From positions 1-54,217 of IMG/VR virus record IMGVR_UViG_3300014050_000030: 54,217 nucleotides of DNA. One strand, 5' to 3'. This DNA comes from a virus. Lineage: Duplodnaviria > Caudoviricetes. Of the stretch, positions 24,424 to 34,361 are shown one piece after another. The position numbers were made by a program, and so were the translations under genes. The notes below the pieces were generated by a model. The model was not told where the DNA came from. It ran no database searches and saw only the letters and a program-made list of their open reading frames with translations. Each line of letters opens with the position of its first letter. Position 1 is the stretch's first letter.

Positions 24424-26405
24424 TTTGCCTCTCCCCACTTCTTTACAATTTTAACATCTGCGATTAGCGGAACGCGCAACACATCTACTCCTTCCATGGC
24501 AGAACGAATAGCCTCAGCCGTTTCTTCTGCCATATTTGATGGGCATAGGGTAACAAGCTCGTCATGCACGGTCAAAAGCAGCTTTGCCTCTTCTGGAATC
24601 AAAGTATGGGCAGACACCATTGCAATTTTTATAATGTCCGCCGCCGACCCTTGAATGCGCGTGTTAAACGCTTGTCTCTCTGCCTGAGACCTGAGACTTA
24701 CATCTCGGGATAACAACTCGGGCAAAAATCTTTTCCTGCCTAGCAGGGTTTTTACGCAAGGAACGGGATTCTTGCTTGATTTAGCAGCCCCGATGACTAG
24801 CGCTTTGTATCGAAGAACGGAGGGGAATTTATCATTAAAATTAGCAAGCAGGTCTTTTGCGTCTTTGGAAGAGCAGCCAATTTGCCGTGCGATTTTATCT
24901 GGGCCGACTCCGTAAGCCATTGAAAGCACCAAAACCTTACCGGCTTTTCGGTCAACTCCCATGACGTTTCCCACGGTTGTGTAAATATCCTCGCCGTTAA
25001 GGTAGTTATTCATCATAACCTCGTCTTGCGAAAAAGACGCAATGATGCGGGGCTCAATCTGGCTGTAGTCAGCCACCACCAACAAATGGTCATCGGGGGC
25101 TGCAAATAAGTTTCTAATTGCCCTACCGTGCTCGGTGTTGGGCGCCGGAACATTCTGCAGGTTCGGGTTGCGGCTGGAGAAACGGCCTGTCTCAGCGCCG
25201 TTTTGAATGAAGTCGCAGTACACCCGCCCATTGACCAACAAGCTGTCTTTTGTCTCCCGCTTTTCTTTACCCATAACTGTGCGAACTACTTCGCCGCCCT
25301 TGTAAGGAACTACATAAGCGGTATTTAATTTGTTAAGTTCTGAATAATGGAGCAAAGCATCCACCAATTCGTCTTTTCCTCGCCACGCTTCCAATGCTTC
25401 AGCGGAAACGGAATATTCAGACAAATCCGGCTTCTTGCCAGACTCTAGCTTTTCCTGCCCTTTGTTGGTCAGAATCTTGGGAGTCAGGCCTCTATTGCCA
25501 TCTTTCTTGGAACCGAAAAGAATTAACTGCTTGTCAGCATTTGAATTAATATTGAAAGGGCGCTTTGCAATTGAGAAAATAGCTGCCCTTGCAGCTTCGA
25601 CGTCCTCTTTCAATTTGGCATCTAATTCATCCAAAGCGCTCAAATCGATTGGGGCGCCGGTTAATTTCATATCGCACAGAACTTTGAGAACGTCCATCTC
25701 CAAGTCCATAACCAATTGAACATCGGCTTCAATGATTTTTGCAGCAACAGCTTTCCATAACAGAAAAGTGTATTTAGCATCAAGGTAAGCGTATTTAGCG
25801 ACTTCTTCAAAAGTGTGCTTTTCAACTTCTTTGCCGACGCCCTTGACCATCTCGTACCCAAATTCGCGCTTGAGGCAGTCGTCCAAACCGCATTTGTTCT
25901 TGTTGCGGTTGTCATAAAGAAACGAGCCAATCATCGTGTCAAAGTAAGGGCCTGTTGGTACTCGCCCGCCGTAGTATTTTGCAACAGAGCAAAGGTCAAA
26001 CACAAGATTGTGGCCAATTGTCAGAATCTTGTCATTGAACAACAACGGTTCTAGTGCTTTAAATACTTCTGCGGGGTAAAGTTGCATGGGTGGAGCACCG
26101 AAGACTTTGGTAGCGTTTTTCTCGCTTTTAGAGTAATCGCTTGGCTTCGGAGGTAATCCTTTTTCACGGCGTTTTTGACCAACGCTTGTAAGCGGGTAGA
26201 TAACATCTACAACATCTCCATTCGGGTGACCCATAGGAATGACATCGCACCGCCCATAGGTGGCAAAACTAATCCATAGGACCTCATTCACGGCAGGTGT
26301 GCCTCTGCGGGGTCCAACGGTTTCAACATCAAAAGCAAACGCATCTTGAGATAGGTAATAGGAAACCATGTCGTCAAGTTGTTCAGGCGTAAAAATGATA
26401 TTCAT
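24420..26405 (-). CDS. polA: Family A DNA polymerase (3'-5' exonuclease plus polymerase)
   Basis: DVET, HNLVFD, TGRFSS.NPNLQN, ADYSQIE.R, K...L...YG, IQGSAAD, VHDEL. Confidence 0.96.
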   Translation of the reverse strand: MNIIFTPEQLDDMVSYYLSQDAFAFDVETVGPRRGTPAVNEVLWISFATYGRCDVIPMGHPNGDVVDVIYPLTSVGQKRREKGLPPKPSDYSKSEKNATKVFGAPPMQLYPAEVFKALEPLLFNDKILTIGHNLVFDLCSVAKYYGGRVPTGPYFDTMIGSFLYDNRNKNKCGLDDCLKREFGYEMVKGVGKEVEKHTFEEVAKYAYLDAKYTFLLWKAVAAKIIEADVQLVMDLEMDVLKVLCDMKLTGAPIDLSALDELDAKLKEDVEAARAAIFSIAKRPFNINSNADKQLILFGSKKDGNRGLTPKILTNKGQEKLESGKKPDLSEYSVSAEALEAWRGKDELVDALLHYSELNKLNTAYVVPYKGGEVVRTVMGKEKRETKDSLLVNGRVYCDFIQNGAETGRFSSRNPNLQNVPAPNTEHGRAIRNLFAAPDDHLLVVADYSQIEPRIIASFSQDEVMMNNYLNGEDIYTTVGNVMGVDRKAGKVLVLSMAYGVGPDKIARQIGCSSKDAKDLLANFNDKFPSVLRYKALVIGAAKSSKNPVPCVKTLLGRKRFLPELLSRDVSLRSQAERQAFNTRIQGSAADIIKIAMVSAHTLIPEEAKLLLTVHDELVTLCPSNMAEETAEAIRSAMEGVDVLRVPLIADVKIVKKWGEAK

Positions 26406-26419
26406 ATCTCCCCTTAAAG

Positions 26420-26458
26420 GCCTGGGGCAGAGCGAAGGGGAGGCGCCCTGCCCCAGGC
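26420..26458 (-). promoter_or_regulatory. 15-bp hairpin in the polA leader with a loop complementary to the polA RBS
   Basis: mRNA: GCCUGGGGCAGGGCG-CCUCCCCUU-CGCUCUGCCCCAGGC-CUUU-AAGGGGAG-AU-AUG. Confidence 0.6.
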
Positions 26459-26468
26459 AGCTTAGGTG

Positions 26469-27134
26469 TCAGCTCAAGGATTCAGCGATTTCAAGGAGGT
26501 CCTGGTAAGGAGTCTCCCGAATAATGGAGGCGTCGTAGCACTCCATCTCTGCAATTGCTGCAGTTGCTGCGGCTTCATTGATACCCCAGTCCTCTTCAAG
26601 GTCGCGGCCCTTGACCGCATTGAAGTGGTAAACCGTGGTCTGCTTGACGCCAGTCCGGCTGATTGCCCAGAAGTTCTTGTTAAGAGGACCCTGGGGGGAG
26701 AAGTGCGCAGAGTGCATCGTCTTGTACAGACGCGGTGTTGCGATAAGCAACTGGCGCTCTGCGGGATTGACACTCAGATTTGCGATAGTGAACGCCCTCT
26801 TGACTTCAGGGCGGTGCTTCAAGATATCGCAGAGGGGGCAGTTGCTCTGCAGACAAACATACGAACGCTTGCCGGAGGTCTTCTGCTGTAGGAAGTGGAG
26901 CTTGTACGAAGCAAACGGACCATCCGGGTCAAGGACCTTGATAATCTGAAAGTCTTCGTTGTGCTTGAACTCAATCGGGTAATCGCCCGAAGGAGCGGTG
27001 AGTTTCTCTGCTGCGTCCCACCCGGAGCTGATAGCAGTGCTAGCAGCCTGTGAAGGGCGAGCGTCAACATCGAACTCGCTGTTTGCCGCGTCCACATACT
27101 TTGATGCAGCGGCTTCGTTCTTCTGGATTGGCAT
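26469..27134 (-). CDS. Single-stranded DNA-binding protein (gp32-like, Zn-binding)
   Basis: H...C....CPLC, SRTG...T.Y; position next to polA. Confidence 0.7.
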   Translation of the reverse strand: MPIQKNEAAASKYVDAANSEFDVDARPSQAASTAISSGWDAAEKLTAPSGDYPIEFKHNEDFQIIKVLDPDGPFASYKLHFLQQKTSGKRSYVCLQSNCPLCDILKHRPEVKRAFTIANLSVNPAERQLLIATPRLYKTMHSAHFSPQGPLNKNFWAISRTGVKQTTVYHFNAVKGRDLEEDWGINEAAATAAIAEMECYDASIIRETPYQDLLEIAESLS

Positions 27135-27146
27135 ATTCAGTCCTTT

Positions 27147-27623
27147 TCAGTCAGTCTCTTTTTCATCAGCGCGGATTTTGTTCCACGCTTCAGCAATCTC
27201 TACCGGAACTTGTGGATGATTCTTCCACTCGACCCGTGGTGTGTCAAATAGGCCTGCCTCTTTGAACATCTGGACTGCCGCGTCTATCATTGCCTTACTA
27301 TACAGACGCCTGCCTGCACGCGCAACCCCGTTTTTGTCAGGCTTTGTTGGAAGCCTGTATGGAGATGCCGGAAGGTGCCCCTCTTTAATCCATGTGCGGA
27401 TTGTGATGATGGGCCTGCCAAGCGCCTGTGCCAGAGAACCGATGGTATACATGGCAATCTTCTTGCCATTTGGGAGGGTCTTCTCATAGTAATTAGACTC
27501 CCACGAACCATCGGTTTCTTTGACAACCTGTGGTGATTCATCTACAGGGCGTCGTTTTTTCCTGCTGCCGGGATAAAACTCCTCAAGCTCGGAAAAAGTC
27601 CGCTCTATAAATGCATCGCTCAT
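27147..27623 (-). CDS. MerR-like HTH DNA-binding protein
   Basis: YTIG.LA.ALGR...TIR.W...G.LP...R.Y. Confidence 0.8.
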   Translation of the reverse strand: MSDAFIERTFSELEEFYPGSRKKRRPVDESPQVVKETDGSWESNYYEKTLPNGKKIAMYTIGSLAQALGRPIITIRTWIKEGHLPASPYRLPTKPDKNGVARAGRRLYSKAMIDAAVQMFKEAGLFDTPRVEWKNHPQVPVEIAEAWNKIRADEKETD

Positions 27624-28021
27624 TTTAAATTGCTCCCCTTCGACTTCTGATATTGCAACAAGTCATCTAATGTGAGTAGATAACCTTTGCTCGGATTCGG
27701 GGGGATATTACATGACACTTCTCGGATAGTGCCCGCTATGTGTTTAGCGGCAATCACGGCCTTGATATGTCCTGTAGGTACAATTATAGCAGATTCTCCA
27801 AGGACAAAAGCCCAGTGGCTTGCTTTAGTTACCTCAATTCCGCTTGCAAGATACGTTCCTTGCAAAGTGTTATAGCAGGACCGTTCAATATAAAGGTTTC
27901 CTGTATCAAACCACTTCAAATCCCTTTTTACTTCAACGGTATCAATAGACAGCAGGGATGAGACGTACTCCTCGCCTTCTTTGCCTACTGATAAATCTAA
28001 ATCAAAGTCGGAATTCTTCAC
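27620..28021 (-). CDS. Putative PD-(D/E)xK endonuclease
   Basis: G..GE, EVKRD, TGNL.IE. Confidence 0.6.
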   Translation of the reverse strand: MKNSDFDLDLSVGKEGEEYVSSLLSIDTVEVKRDLKWFDTGNLYIERSCYNTLQGTYLASGIEVTKASHWAFVLGESAIIVPTGHIKAVIAAKHIAGTIREVSCNIPPNPSKGYLLTLDDLLQYQKSKGSNLK

Positions 28022-28473
28022 TTAATCACCGTCGCCCAAGTGACTTTCTCAGGAAACATCTTGTCAATATCTTCGTCGGTTAGCAACCCTTCATTGTATG
28101 CAGCCATGACGGCTTCTTCATCAAGAACTGCGACAGTCTTGACGCATCTTTCAATTAAGTCTTTTTCTTTCAAAATAGCGTGGGCTTCTTCTTCATTAAA
28201 GTTTTTAGACACCCTGCGCTGGCGTGTGACTTTTGACACCCCGGAAACAGTGTCGTTGAGTTCGACGACAATGTGCCCCTTTGCATCTTCTTTGCCAAGC
28301 TCTTCCGTCATGCGGTCAATTTGCCCTCTGACAAAAGTTTTCCGCTCCGTAAGCATGTCCATGTTGGATTTAATTTGCTCATGTTGACGGACATAGTTGA
28401 TAAGGCCTTCTAATCCTTCATCTTCCGCCATAGGCATGATGGAGGTAAAAGCTTCTGAAATTTGCTCGTTCAT
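28018..28473 (-). CDS. Hypothetical protein
   Basis: ATGA-coupled ORF. Confidence 0.7.
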   Translation of the reverse strand: MNEQISEAFTSIMPMAEDEGLEGLINYVRQHEQIKSNMDMLTERKTFVRGQIDRMTEELGKEDAKGHIVVELNDTVSGVSKVTRQRRVSKNFNEEEAHAILKEKDLIERCVKTVAVLDEEAVMAAYNEGLLTDEDIDKMFPEKVTWATVIK

Positions 28474-30056
28474 GTTGATTCCCCTTCTAGGAATTTGGTG
28501 AGGCTGCTTAGTGTAAGGGACAGCCCCCCTTGGTCGTCAAATCCATCCCCGTCAATAATTGCAGACGCCACGGAGCTTTTCTGCTGCAGCATCTCATATT
28601 GGCGTTGCTCGATAGAGCCGCCTGTTAGCAAATCTTGAATTACGACAATCGGCCATTCTGAAGAGGCCCGTTTGATTCTGCCGTTTCTTTGCTCTGCAGT
28701 TCCTGCACTCCAAGGAAGGTCGTAATTTATAAGAAGATTAGCAGCAGGCAGGTCAACGCCATAGCCCCCAGCATCAGAGCTAACAAACACCCTGATGGCG
28801 GGATTGGTGTTGAAAGCAACTTTTCTAGCTTCTTTTGTTTTAGCATCGACTTCTCCTGTGTAAGCCACGCAAATATCTTCCCCCAAAGATTTTACTATTA
28901 TGTCTACCATATCGACATAAGAGGAAAATATAACTAGTTTATTGGCCTCTGATGAGCTTAAAAAGTCTTTTACATACCCGATTAAATAATCTAACTTAGG
29001 GGTTGATTTTAAAGTATCAAGAGCCCCCTCTTCCGCCAACATATAAGCATACGCCGACCCGCCGTTTAAAGATTCAAACCGCTTGGCGCTGTTACGGAGC
29101 AAATCCGGGTGGCTACACAGCATCCTCATGCACATGACCTTTGACATGATTTTGCCTCTGGCTTCATCCATCTCTGAGAATCGCTTTGACGTCGTGGAAG
29201 CCCCGTAATGCTCCGATAAGTTAAAAGAGGAGCCAAAATGCTCCATGGCTTCTTTTATGTCTTGCACCACTTCGGTTGATATCTGTTTGTAAAGTTTTGA
29301 AGCGGCCCTGTCTAGCGAAATCATTACTGGTGCTTTGTGGATTGTTTTAGGAAGATAGGGCGAGACATCCGGGTCTGTTTGAGTTTTTCTCACTGAAGCT
29401 TTGCTCATTAAATCGTGGAAGGTGTTCAAATTTCTGTACCCTTCTACCCAGCCATTCCATCCCCGCACTATGAACATCTTGTCAAACTTGTCGAACCTTC
29501 CTAGTACGGATGAATCGACAAACTGCATGATGGAGAACAATTCCTCTGGGCGCCCGTTTTCTATCGGAGTTCCGGTAAGAGCAAATCTAAAAGGCGCGTT
29601 TCCAAGTTTCTTAACATGCTTTGAACGTTTTGACTTGAAGCTTTTGATGGCCGTCGCTTCATCAAGAACCACAAAACCGCGAGGAAGCTTAGAAACGTAA
29701 GCCCAATCATTGACCACCTGCTCGTAGTTGAGGATGACATAATCTACTCCTGTCTTGCGCCAATCAAGCGCTGCTTGATATTGCTCTGCTCTTTTAGAAG
29801 GAGTGCCGTCAATAACTAAGGCGGTGCTCCCGTTGGTAAATTTCTCTATCTGGCTTTTCCACTGATATTTAAGGCTGGATAAGCAGATAATCAAACCAGG
29901 TTCGTTAATTTCTTGTTCGTCCATTAACCGCTCGATTGCGGCGATGGTCAGCACTGTTTTGCCCAGCCCCAAATCGTAGGCGACCAACATGGAGCCGCGC
30001 TCGCACATGCGGTCAACAGCTTCAGGCTGGTAAGGCAACAAAGTGCCGGTGAACAT
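28470..30056 (-). CDS. SNF2-family helicase
   Basis: LLPYQ, LGLGKT, LDEAT, LTGTPIEN, GVDL...LINYDLPW...QRNGRI.R. Confidence 0.93.
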   Translation of the reverse strand: MFTGTLLPYQPEAVDRMCERGSMLVAYDLGLGKTVLTIAAIERLMDEQEINEPGLIICLSSLKYQWKSQIEKFTNGSTALVIDGTPSKRAEQYQAALDWRKTGVDYVILNYEQVVNDWAYVSKLPRGFVVLDEATAIKSFKSKRSKHVKKLGNAPFRFALTGTPIENGRPEELFSIMQFVDSSVLGRFDKFDKMFIVRGWNGWVEGYRNLNTFHDLMSKASVRKTQTDPDVSPYLPKTIHKAPVMISLDRAASKLYKQISTEVVQDIKEAMEHFGSSFNLSEHYGASTTSKRFSEMDEARGKIMSKVMCMRMLCSHPDLLRNSAKRFESLNGGSAYAYMLAEEGALDTLKSTPKLDYLIGYVKDFLSSSEANKLVIFSSYVDMVDIIVKSLGEDICVAYTGEVDAKTKEARKVAFNTNPAIRVFVSSDAGGYGVDLPAANLLINYDLPWSAGTAEQRNGRIKRASSEWPIVVIQDLLTGGSIEQRQYEMLQQKSSVASAIIDGDGFDDQGGLSLTLSSLTKFLEGEST

Positions 30057-30220
30057 TAGAAACCTTCCCAGCCGTTCAAGGCTGCATCCACGCCGCGTTT
30101 ATAAGCCGCTTTTAATGCTTCGCACATTACGCACTCGCCAGTAGTCCAATTGACAGCCAACCGGTGCATGGGTTTGCCATTCAAAGTGGCTCCTGCGCAC
30201 TCTGGTTCTGCGTCGCTCAT
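30056..30220 (-). CDS. Small hypothetical protein (54 aa), not in ORF track
   Basis: MSDAEPEC...CVMC...GWEGF; coupled at both ends. Confidence 0.55.
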   Translation of the reverse strand: MSDAEPECAGATLNGKPMHRLAVNWTTGECVMCEALKAAYKRGVDAALNGWEGF

Positions 30221-30390
30221 GCTTTTCCTCCCCATCCCCCACCTTTGAAAGCTATGGCTGGCGGAGTGTACAAGCGCTTCATCACACCTTTGCAGTTGTT
30301 ACAAAGTTGCGGGTCGTTGCACTCGGAAATCGGTTTGCGAACCTCTAAGTGCGTATCGCACGCCATGCAATAGTAAAGATAAGTAGCCAT
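30217..30390 (-). CDS. FmdB-like zinc-ribbon protein (57 aa), not in ORF track
   Basis: MATYLYYCMACD...CNNCKG.MKR.Y.PPAI.FKG.GW. Confidence 0.8.
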   Translation of the reverse strand: MATYLYYCMACDTHLEVRKPISECNDPQLCNNCKGVMKRLYTPPAIAFKGGGWGGKA

Positions 30391-30779
30391 TAGTGCTTAG
30401 GCCACTTTCCTCGCTGAACCATGAGAGCGATAATGGAATAGTTAATCATGTCAACAAGGGTGTCTTCGATTGATTCATACTTAGGTGCCTTTTTGCCAAG
30501 AATGAGCGTCTTCAATCGCTCCATCTTGTCGTGCATACGAACAAGTAGACCGTTGATTGCGCCGCCAGGGGCGTTGTTGATGTTATCCGGGCCGTAGTCC
30601 TGATGCTTTTTGATTAAAATGTCGGCAGCCTCTAATGCAATCTTCGCAACTGCTTCCTCAAATGTCTCAGGCTTTTCAATAGCAGTGAGAGGGTCCCATT
30701 GCTTATCTTTGCGGTTCATGCGACGTTTCCATTCTTGATATTCTTTTTCGCGGGCGTTCTTATAAAATTCTTTATCCAT
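30390..30779 (-). CDS. Nucleotide-modification-associated domain 1 (DUF1599 / MazG-like)
   Basis: KK..DYG..N, VRM.DK..RL, ESIEDTL.D..NY. Confidence 0.8.
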   Translation of the reverse strand: MDKEFYKNAREKEYQEWKRRMNRKDKQWDPLTAIEKPETFEEAVAKIALEAADILIKKHQDYGPDNINNAPGGAINGLLVRMHDKMERLKTLILGKKAPKYESIEDTLVDMINYSIIALMVQRGKWPKH

Positions 30780-30787
30780 GATTTCTC

Positions 30788-31729
30788 CTAACGTAGGTGG
30801 CGTAAGTGTCTTAGAACATGGCGGGCTGTGTCAAGCCCGGTTGCAATCTCGGCTTTGCTCATCCCCCCAATGTCTTTCTGGTCGGTGTACTCGTAATTAA
30901 AAAACCAAGAATCAAAATTATTGGAAAACCCCATTTTTGCCAAATTATAAGAAGTTGACCTTCCCGCGTCGTCATTATCTAGGGCAAAAATAATGCGGTC
31001 CGCCCCCTTGATAATATTGACCTGCTCGCGGCTTGGGGACGCCCCATAAATGGCCACACCCCCGTAAATGCCCACAGAACGCATTCTAACGGCATCTAGG
31101 GGCGATTCGACTACTATCATGTCCCCTCCCTCATAAAGCCCGTAGCCGAAGACTGAGAGGCTTTTTTTCACGCCAGTGGGGTAATTTTTAAAATATCTGG
31201 ACCCATAACCCTTTTCCTGCCACCCCATCAGCGCCCCTGTGTAAGGGTCTCTAATCGGAATTATCCAATTTTTATTCCTTGTATCCCAACGGATACAATA
31301 TGCCTCAGCAGCCTCTAAGGTCAGCCCTCTGGACTGGAGAGCCTCCAAGGGAGGGGTATCAAAGGCGGCCAATGTCGCTTCTGACAAATAATTTAAATCA
31401 TCAAAAGCTGGTTTTTTTGATTCCGCCCGCGTCAAGGCCTCTGTCAGGCCTTCATCCAAATCCCCAAGCCATTCCTTGGCTTTAGAGAAGTCAGCCCCAT
31501 CCTGCCCAAAAAACCCATTGACATAACAGATAAGATAGTAGAGGCTACCTTTAAACCCGCAGGAAAAACATATGTGGGCGCCAGTTTCCATATTTATGTA
31601 CCACGATGGATTGTGGTCCGGTTTGCCAGTTCTATCCAAATGCCCGGGGCACAGAGCCCTCAGCTCATTCCCCATCTCTGCTATGACATCTATGCCTAAG
31701 CGAGCAAGGGTGCTTTCTACCCCCGTCAC
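30788..31729 (-). CDS. DNA primase (Zn finger plus TOPRIM)
   Basis: CPGH...D..PS...CFSCG; VVES.LDA; ALDND.AG; GTGA coupling to helicase. Confidence 0.9.
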   Translation of the reverse strand: MTGVESTLARLGIDVIAEMGNELRALCPGHLDRTGKPDHNPSWYINMETGAHICFSCGFKGSLYYLICYVNGFFGQDGADFSKAKEWLGDLDEGLTEALTRAESKKPAFDDLNYLSEATLAAFDTPPLEALQSRGLTLEAAEAYCIRWDTRNKNWIIPIRDPYTGALMGWQEKGYGSRYFKNYPTGVKKSLSVFGYGLYEGGDMIVVESPLDAVRMRSVGIYGGVAIYGASPSREQVNIIKGADRIIFALDNDDAGRSTSYNLAKMGFSNNFDSWFFNYEYTDQKDIGGMSKAEIATGLDTARHVLRHLRHLR

Positions 31730-32955
31730 AGGTCTGTCTCGTCTAGCTCGCGGAAGTGCCCGGTCTCCCAATCCCATAGCATTGAAACCTCACCAGGGCC
31801 GCAATTTCTACTGGCAAGAATCTTGAGGACGCGAGTGTCGTCCACCTCTTCATCTTCTCGGTGAAGCCCGAAGATTACATCGGAATCTTGCACGAATGAC
31901 GACGAGTAACCAATGCCATCTGTGCTGAGTTTGCCGCCTTTGAGTTTCCAACTCAACACCTGTGTTGTTATGACAATTGGAATTTGGTATTTCTGCGCCA
32001 GTTTTTTCAATGAGCGGGTGATGTTGGTCAATGCAATTGACTCGTTCATCTTGCCCGTCATCTCGTCAATCATCAAATACACGCCGTCAATGAAAAGCAC
32101 GTCGGGCTGATGCATCTCTAGTTTGGCGTCAATACCGGAGACAGTAGATGCCGTGGATGACTCGGAGAACCAGAACTTAGTCTCCATCTTCTCAAGATTA
32201 CGGAGCTTTGTTTGATAGCGGGCTTCTTCATCTGCAGTCAAAGAGCCTGTGGTCAAACGGTGATGCGAGATGCGGGCTCTCATGGAGTCATAACGGCTTA
32301 CCTGCTCGTGATTAAGCATCTCAAAAGATTGGAACAACGGCACAACCCCTCTAAGGTGGATGTTGTGCGCAATCTGCAACGCCAGCGTGGATTTTCCAGT
32401 CTTGGGAGTTGCGACAATAGTAATCAGTTGGCCCTTTTGCAGACCACTTGTTGCTTTGTCAATCGTGGCAAAGCCCGTCGGATATCCGCGCAAACCGTCT
32501 GGAAGGTTCTTAAGTTCTAGGTAATCCTCCCACCGTTGCATCGGCATGTTGGTGATGTCAACATCTGTGGCAATAGATGTGGAGTCTTGCTCAAGCTTCA
32601 ACAAGCCCGCCCGCAGCGTTGAAAGAGCCGCTTCGTGGTTGTGGTCTTTCTCAATGTTGTTGATTGCCTCATGCATCATGAGGCTGGTGGCGACTTGCCG
32701 CCGCCGTGCTACAACATCATCAAGAAGGAAATCAATAGGGTCTTCAACATCAATAAGCTTGTAGGCAGGGAAGTTGGAACCCAAGACTTCCATGCTAGGC
32801 ATTTGACCGTATTTGCTGTTGTGGTCTCTGATAAACGCCCAGATTCGACGGTCGTCTTCATCTGAGAACCAAGTCTCATTAACGCCGCGTTGGTATAACT
32901 TGACAAGGCTTTTGTCTGCTATTGCCCGATGTAGTAGTCGCGTTTCGCTGTTCAC
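31726..32955 (-). CDS. dnaB: DnaB-like replicative helicase
   Basis: GYPTGF..ID..T.GL..GQL, ATPKTGKS, FEM, FIDG, QDSD, RN. Confidence 0.92.
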   Translation of the reverse strand: MNSETRLLHRAIADKSLVKLYQRGVNETWFSDEDDRRIWAFIRDHNSKYGQMPSMEVLGSNFPAYKLIDVEDPIDFLLDDVVARRRQVATSLMMHEAINNIEKDHNHEAALSTLRAGLLKLEQDSTSIATDVDITNMPMQRWEDYLELKNLPDGLRGYPTGFATIDKATSGLQKGQLITIVATPKTGKSTLALQIAHNIHLRGVVPLFQSFEMLNHEQVSRYDSMRARISHHRLTTGSLTADEEARYQTKLRNLEKMETKFWFSESSTASTVSGIDAKLEMHQPDVLFIDGVYLMIDEMTGKMNESIALTNITRSLKKLAQKYQIPIVITTQVLSWKLKGGKLSTDGIGYSSSFVQDSDVIFGLHREDEEVDDTRVLKILASRNCGPGEVSMLWDWETGHFRELDETDL

Positions 32956-32963
32956 CGTAATCC

Positions 32964-33359
32964 TTACAGGTCTAGTCCCCAATGGCCGTACATTAACTGC
33001 TTGTCAGGAAGGTCCAACACCCCCAGCACTTCTGGTCGGTAAGGAAGCTCTTTGACCAGAGCGCCCACATTATCGTATGAGGAGTGGTATCTAAAAGGAT
33101 TCACGCCCGCCCTGTCAAGCTCATTGTACAGGCGAGTCACCTCGTCTTCATCCAAGTCGTAGGAAACAAGCTCCAGGGTGACCCCTGCCGTCACCGTGTA
33201 GTGGTATAGCTTGTTTAAAAGCAACTTGTCATAAGCGACGTTTTTAAAGCTTTTCTTTTTAAACCATTTTCGGGTAATCGTTTCGGTGTAGTCAGTGAAC
33301 AAAGCATCGACTACTAACACCCGCTTAGGCATCTCATTGCTTAAGTCCCCTTTGTACAT
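32964..33359 (-). CDS. Hypothetical protein (possible degenerate HAD fold)
   Basis: ORF within replication module. Confidence 0.6.
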   Translation of the reverse strand: MYKGDLSNEMPKRVLVVDALFTDYTETITRKWFKKKSFKNVAYDKLLLNKLYHYTVTAGVTLELVSYDLDEDEVTRLYNELDRAGVNPFRYHSSYDNVGALVKELPYRPEVLGVLDLPDKQLMYGHWGLDL

Positions 33360-33360
33360 T

Positions 33361-33672
33361 TTAAAAAACCTCGACTTTTCCAAACTTCAAAACAAATTCC
33401 CGGAAAGCCGTGTTGGACTCGAATGACTTATCGAGCTCTTCTTGTGGAGCTTTGTTTGAAATCTCCAGCGGGTAGGTCCCGAAGTTTGCGTCAATACGGG
33501 CCCTTACGAATTTTATGTGCTTGCAGGAGCCCTTGCCGTTGTATCCGGGGCAGGTGCAGTGGAGGTTGTTGTCTTTTTTGATGCTGACCTCAAAAACTGC
33601 GGGGTTGGATGATTGGCTCAAGAACACCTGCACCAACCGCAAATCGGTGTCGTTCATCTCTACATCCTTCAT
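33361..33672 (-). CDS. SWIM zinc-finger protein
   Basis: CTCP-x7-CKH. Confidence 0.75.
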   Translation of the reverse strand: MKDVEMNDTDLRLVQVFLSQSSNPAVFEVSIKKDNNLHCTCPGYNGKGSCKHIKFVRARIDANFGTYPLEISNKAPQEELDKSFESNTAFREFVLKFGKVEVF

Positions 33673-34361
33673 CGGCGCAAATCCCCCTTAGTAGATTCTA
33701 GAACAATATAGGCAAAGGCTTCTCGGGCAAACGACTCCATTGCGGGCCCATAAGTAGCCGCCCACTTATTTAATTCAATATTCGTGGTCACAATTGTCGG
33801 CAAGCCATTATTGAACCGCGTCCGGATAATGTGGTGCAGAAGGGATTGCTGCCAGCCGGAGCCCGATAAATGCTCTTTGCCCACGTCATCCATGACCAAG
33901 ACCCTGACATTGTAGGCGTCGTCTTCGGCCTCTCCCAGCAAGCCATTGAAACGTTGAATATCCTCGTAGGTTTTGTCTGCCGACATAGTGACGCCCTTCA
34001 AATCAAGGATGTCATTGTAAGTAGCAAAATAGCAAGGCATTATTAATGTGTGGTCGGGCTTCACATTAAAAGCTTCCAAAGGCGCGTCTTTTATCAACTG
34101 CTGGATGATGCTCAGGGCAAGGGTGGTTTTGCCTTGACCGGGGGTTCCGTACAGCAGGATTCCCTTGCCGCAAAGCGGGTCCCCCACGGAGCGGATAACC
34201 CGCCCTTGCTTGACGCGCTCCACCCACCTGCCAATCCTGTCCAAATCGTTGGGGAACAGGTCTTTGCAGTCTTCCAGAAGCCAGCCTTGGCGGGCTTTGG
34301 GAATGCTGGCAATCTTCATCCACGAACGCCTGCGAACTGGGAGCGACTCCAACTCGTACAT
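33669..34361 (-). CDS. DnaC/IstB-like AAA+ ATPase (helicase loader)
   Basis: GILLYG.PGQGKT, LVMDDVGKE, R.N.GLPTIVTTN. Confidence 0.88.
   Translation of the reverse strand: MYELESLPVRRRSWMKIASIPKARQGWLLEDCKDLFPNDLDRIGRWVERVKQGRVIRSVGDPLCGKGILLYGTPGQGKTTLALSIIQQLIKDAPLEAFNVKPDHTLIMPCYFATYNDILDLKGVTMSADKTYEDIQRFNGLLGEAEDDAYNVRVLVMDDVGKEHLSGSGWQQSLLHHIIRTRFNNGLPTIVTTNIELNKWAATYGPAMESFAREAFAYIVLESTKGDLRR

Noticed and set aside
7211-32955. Inteins or introns in nrdJ, recA, polA or dnaB
   Set aside because: Protein lengths are normal, motifs are contiguous, and I saw no intein splice or homing-endonuclease motifs
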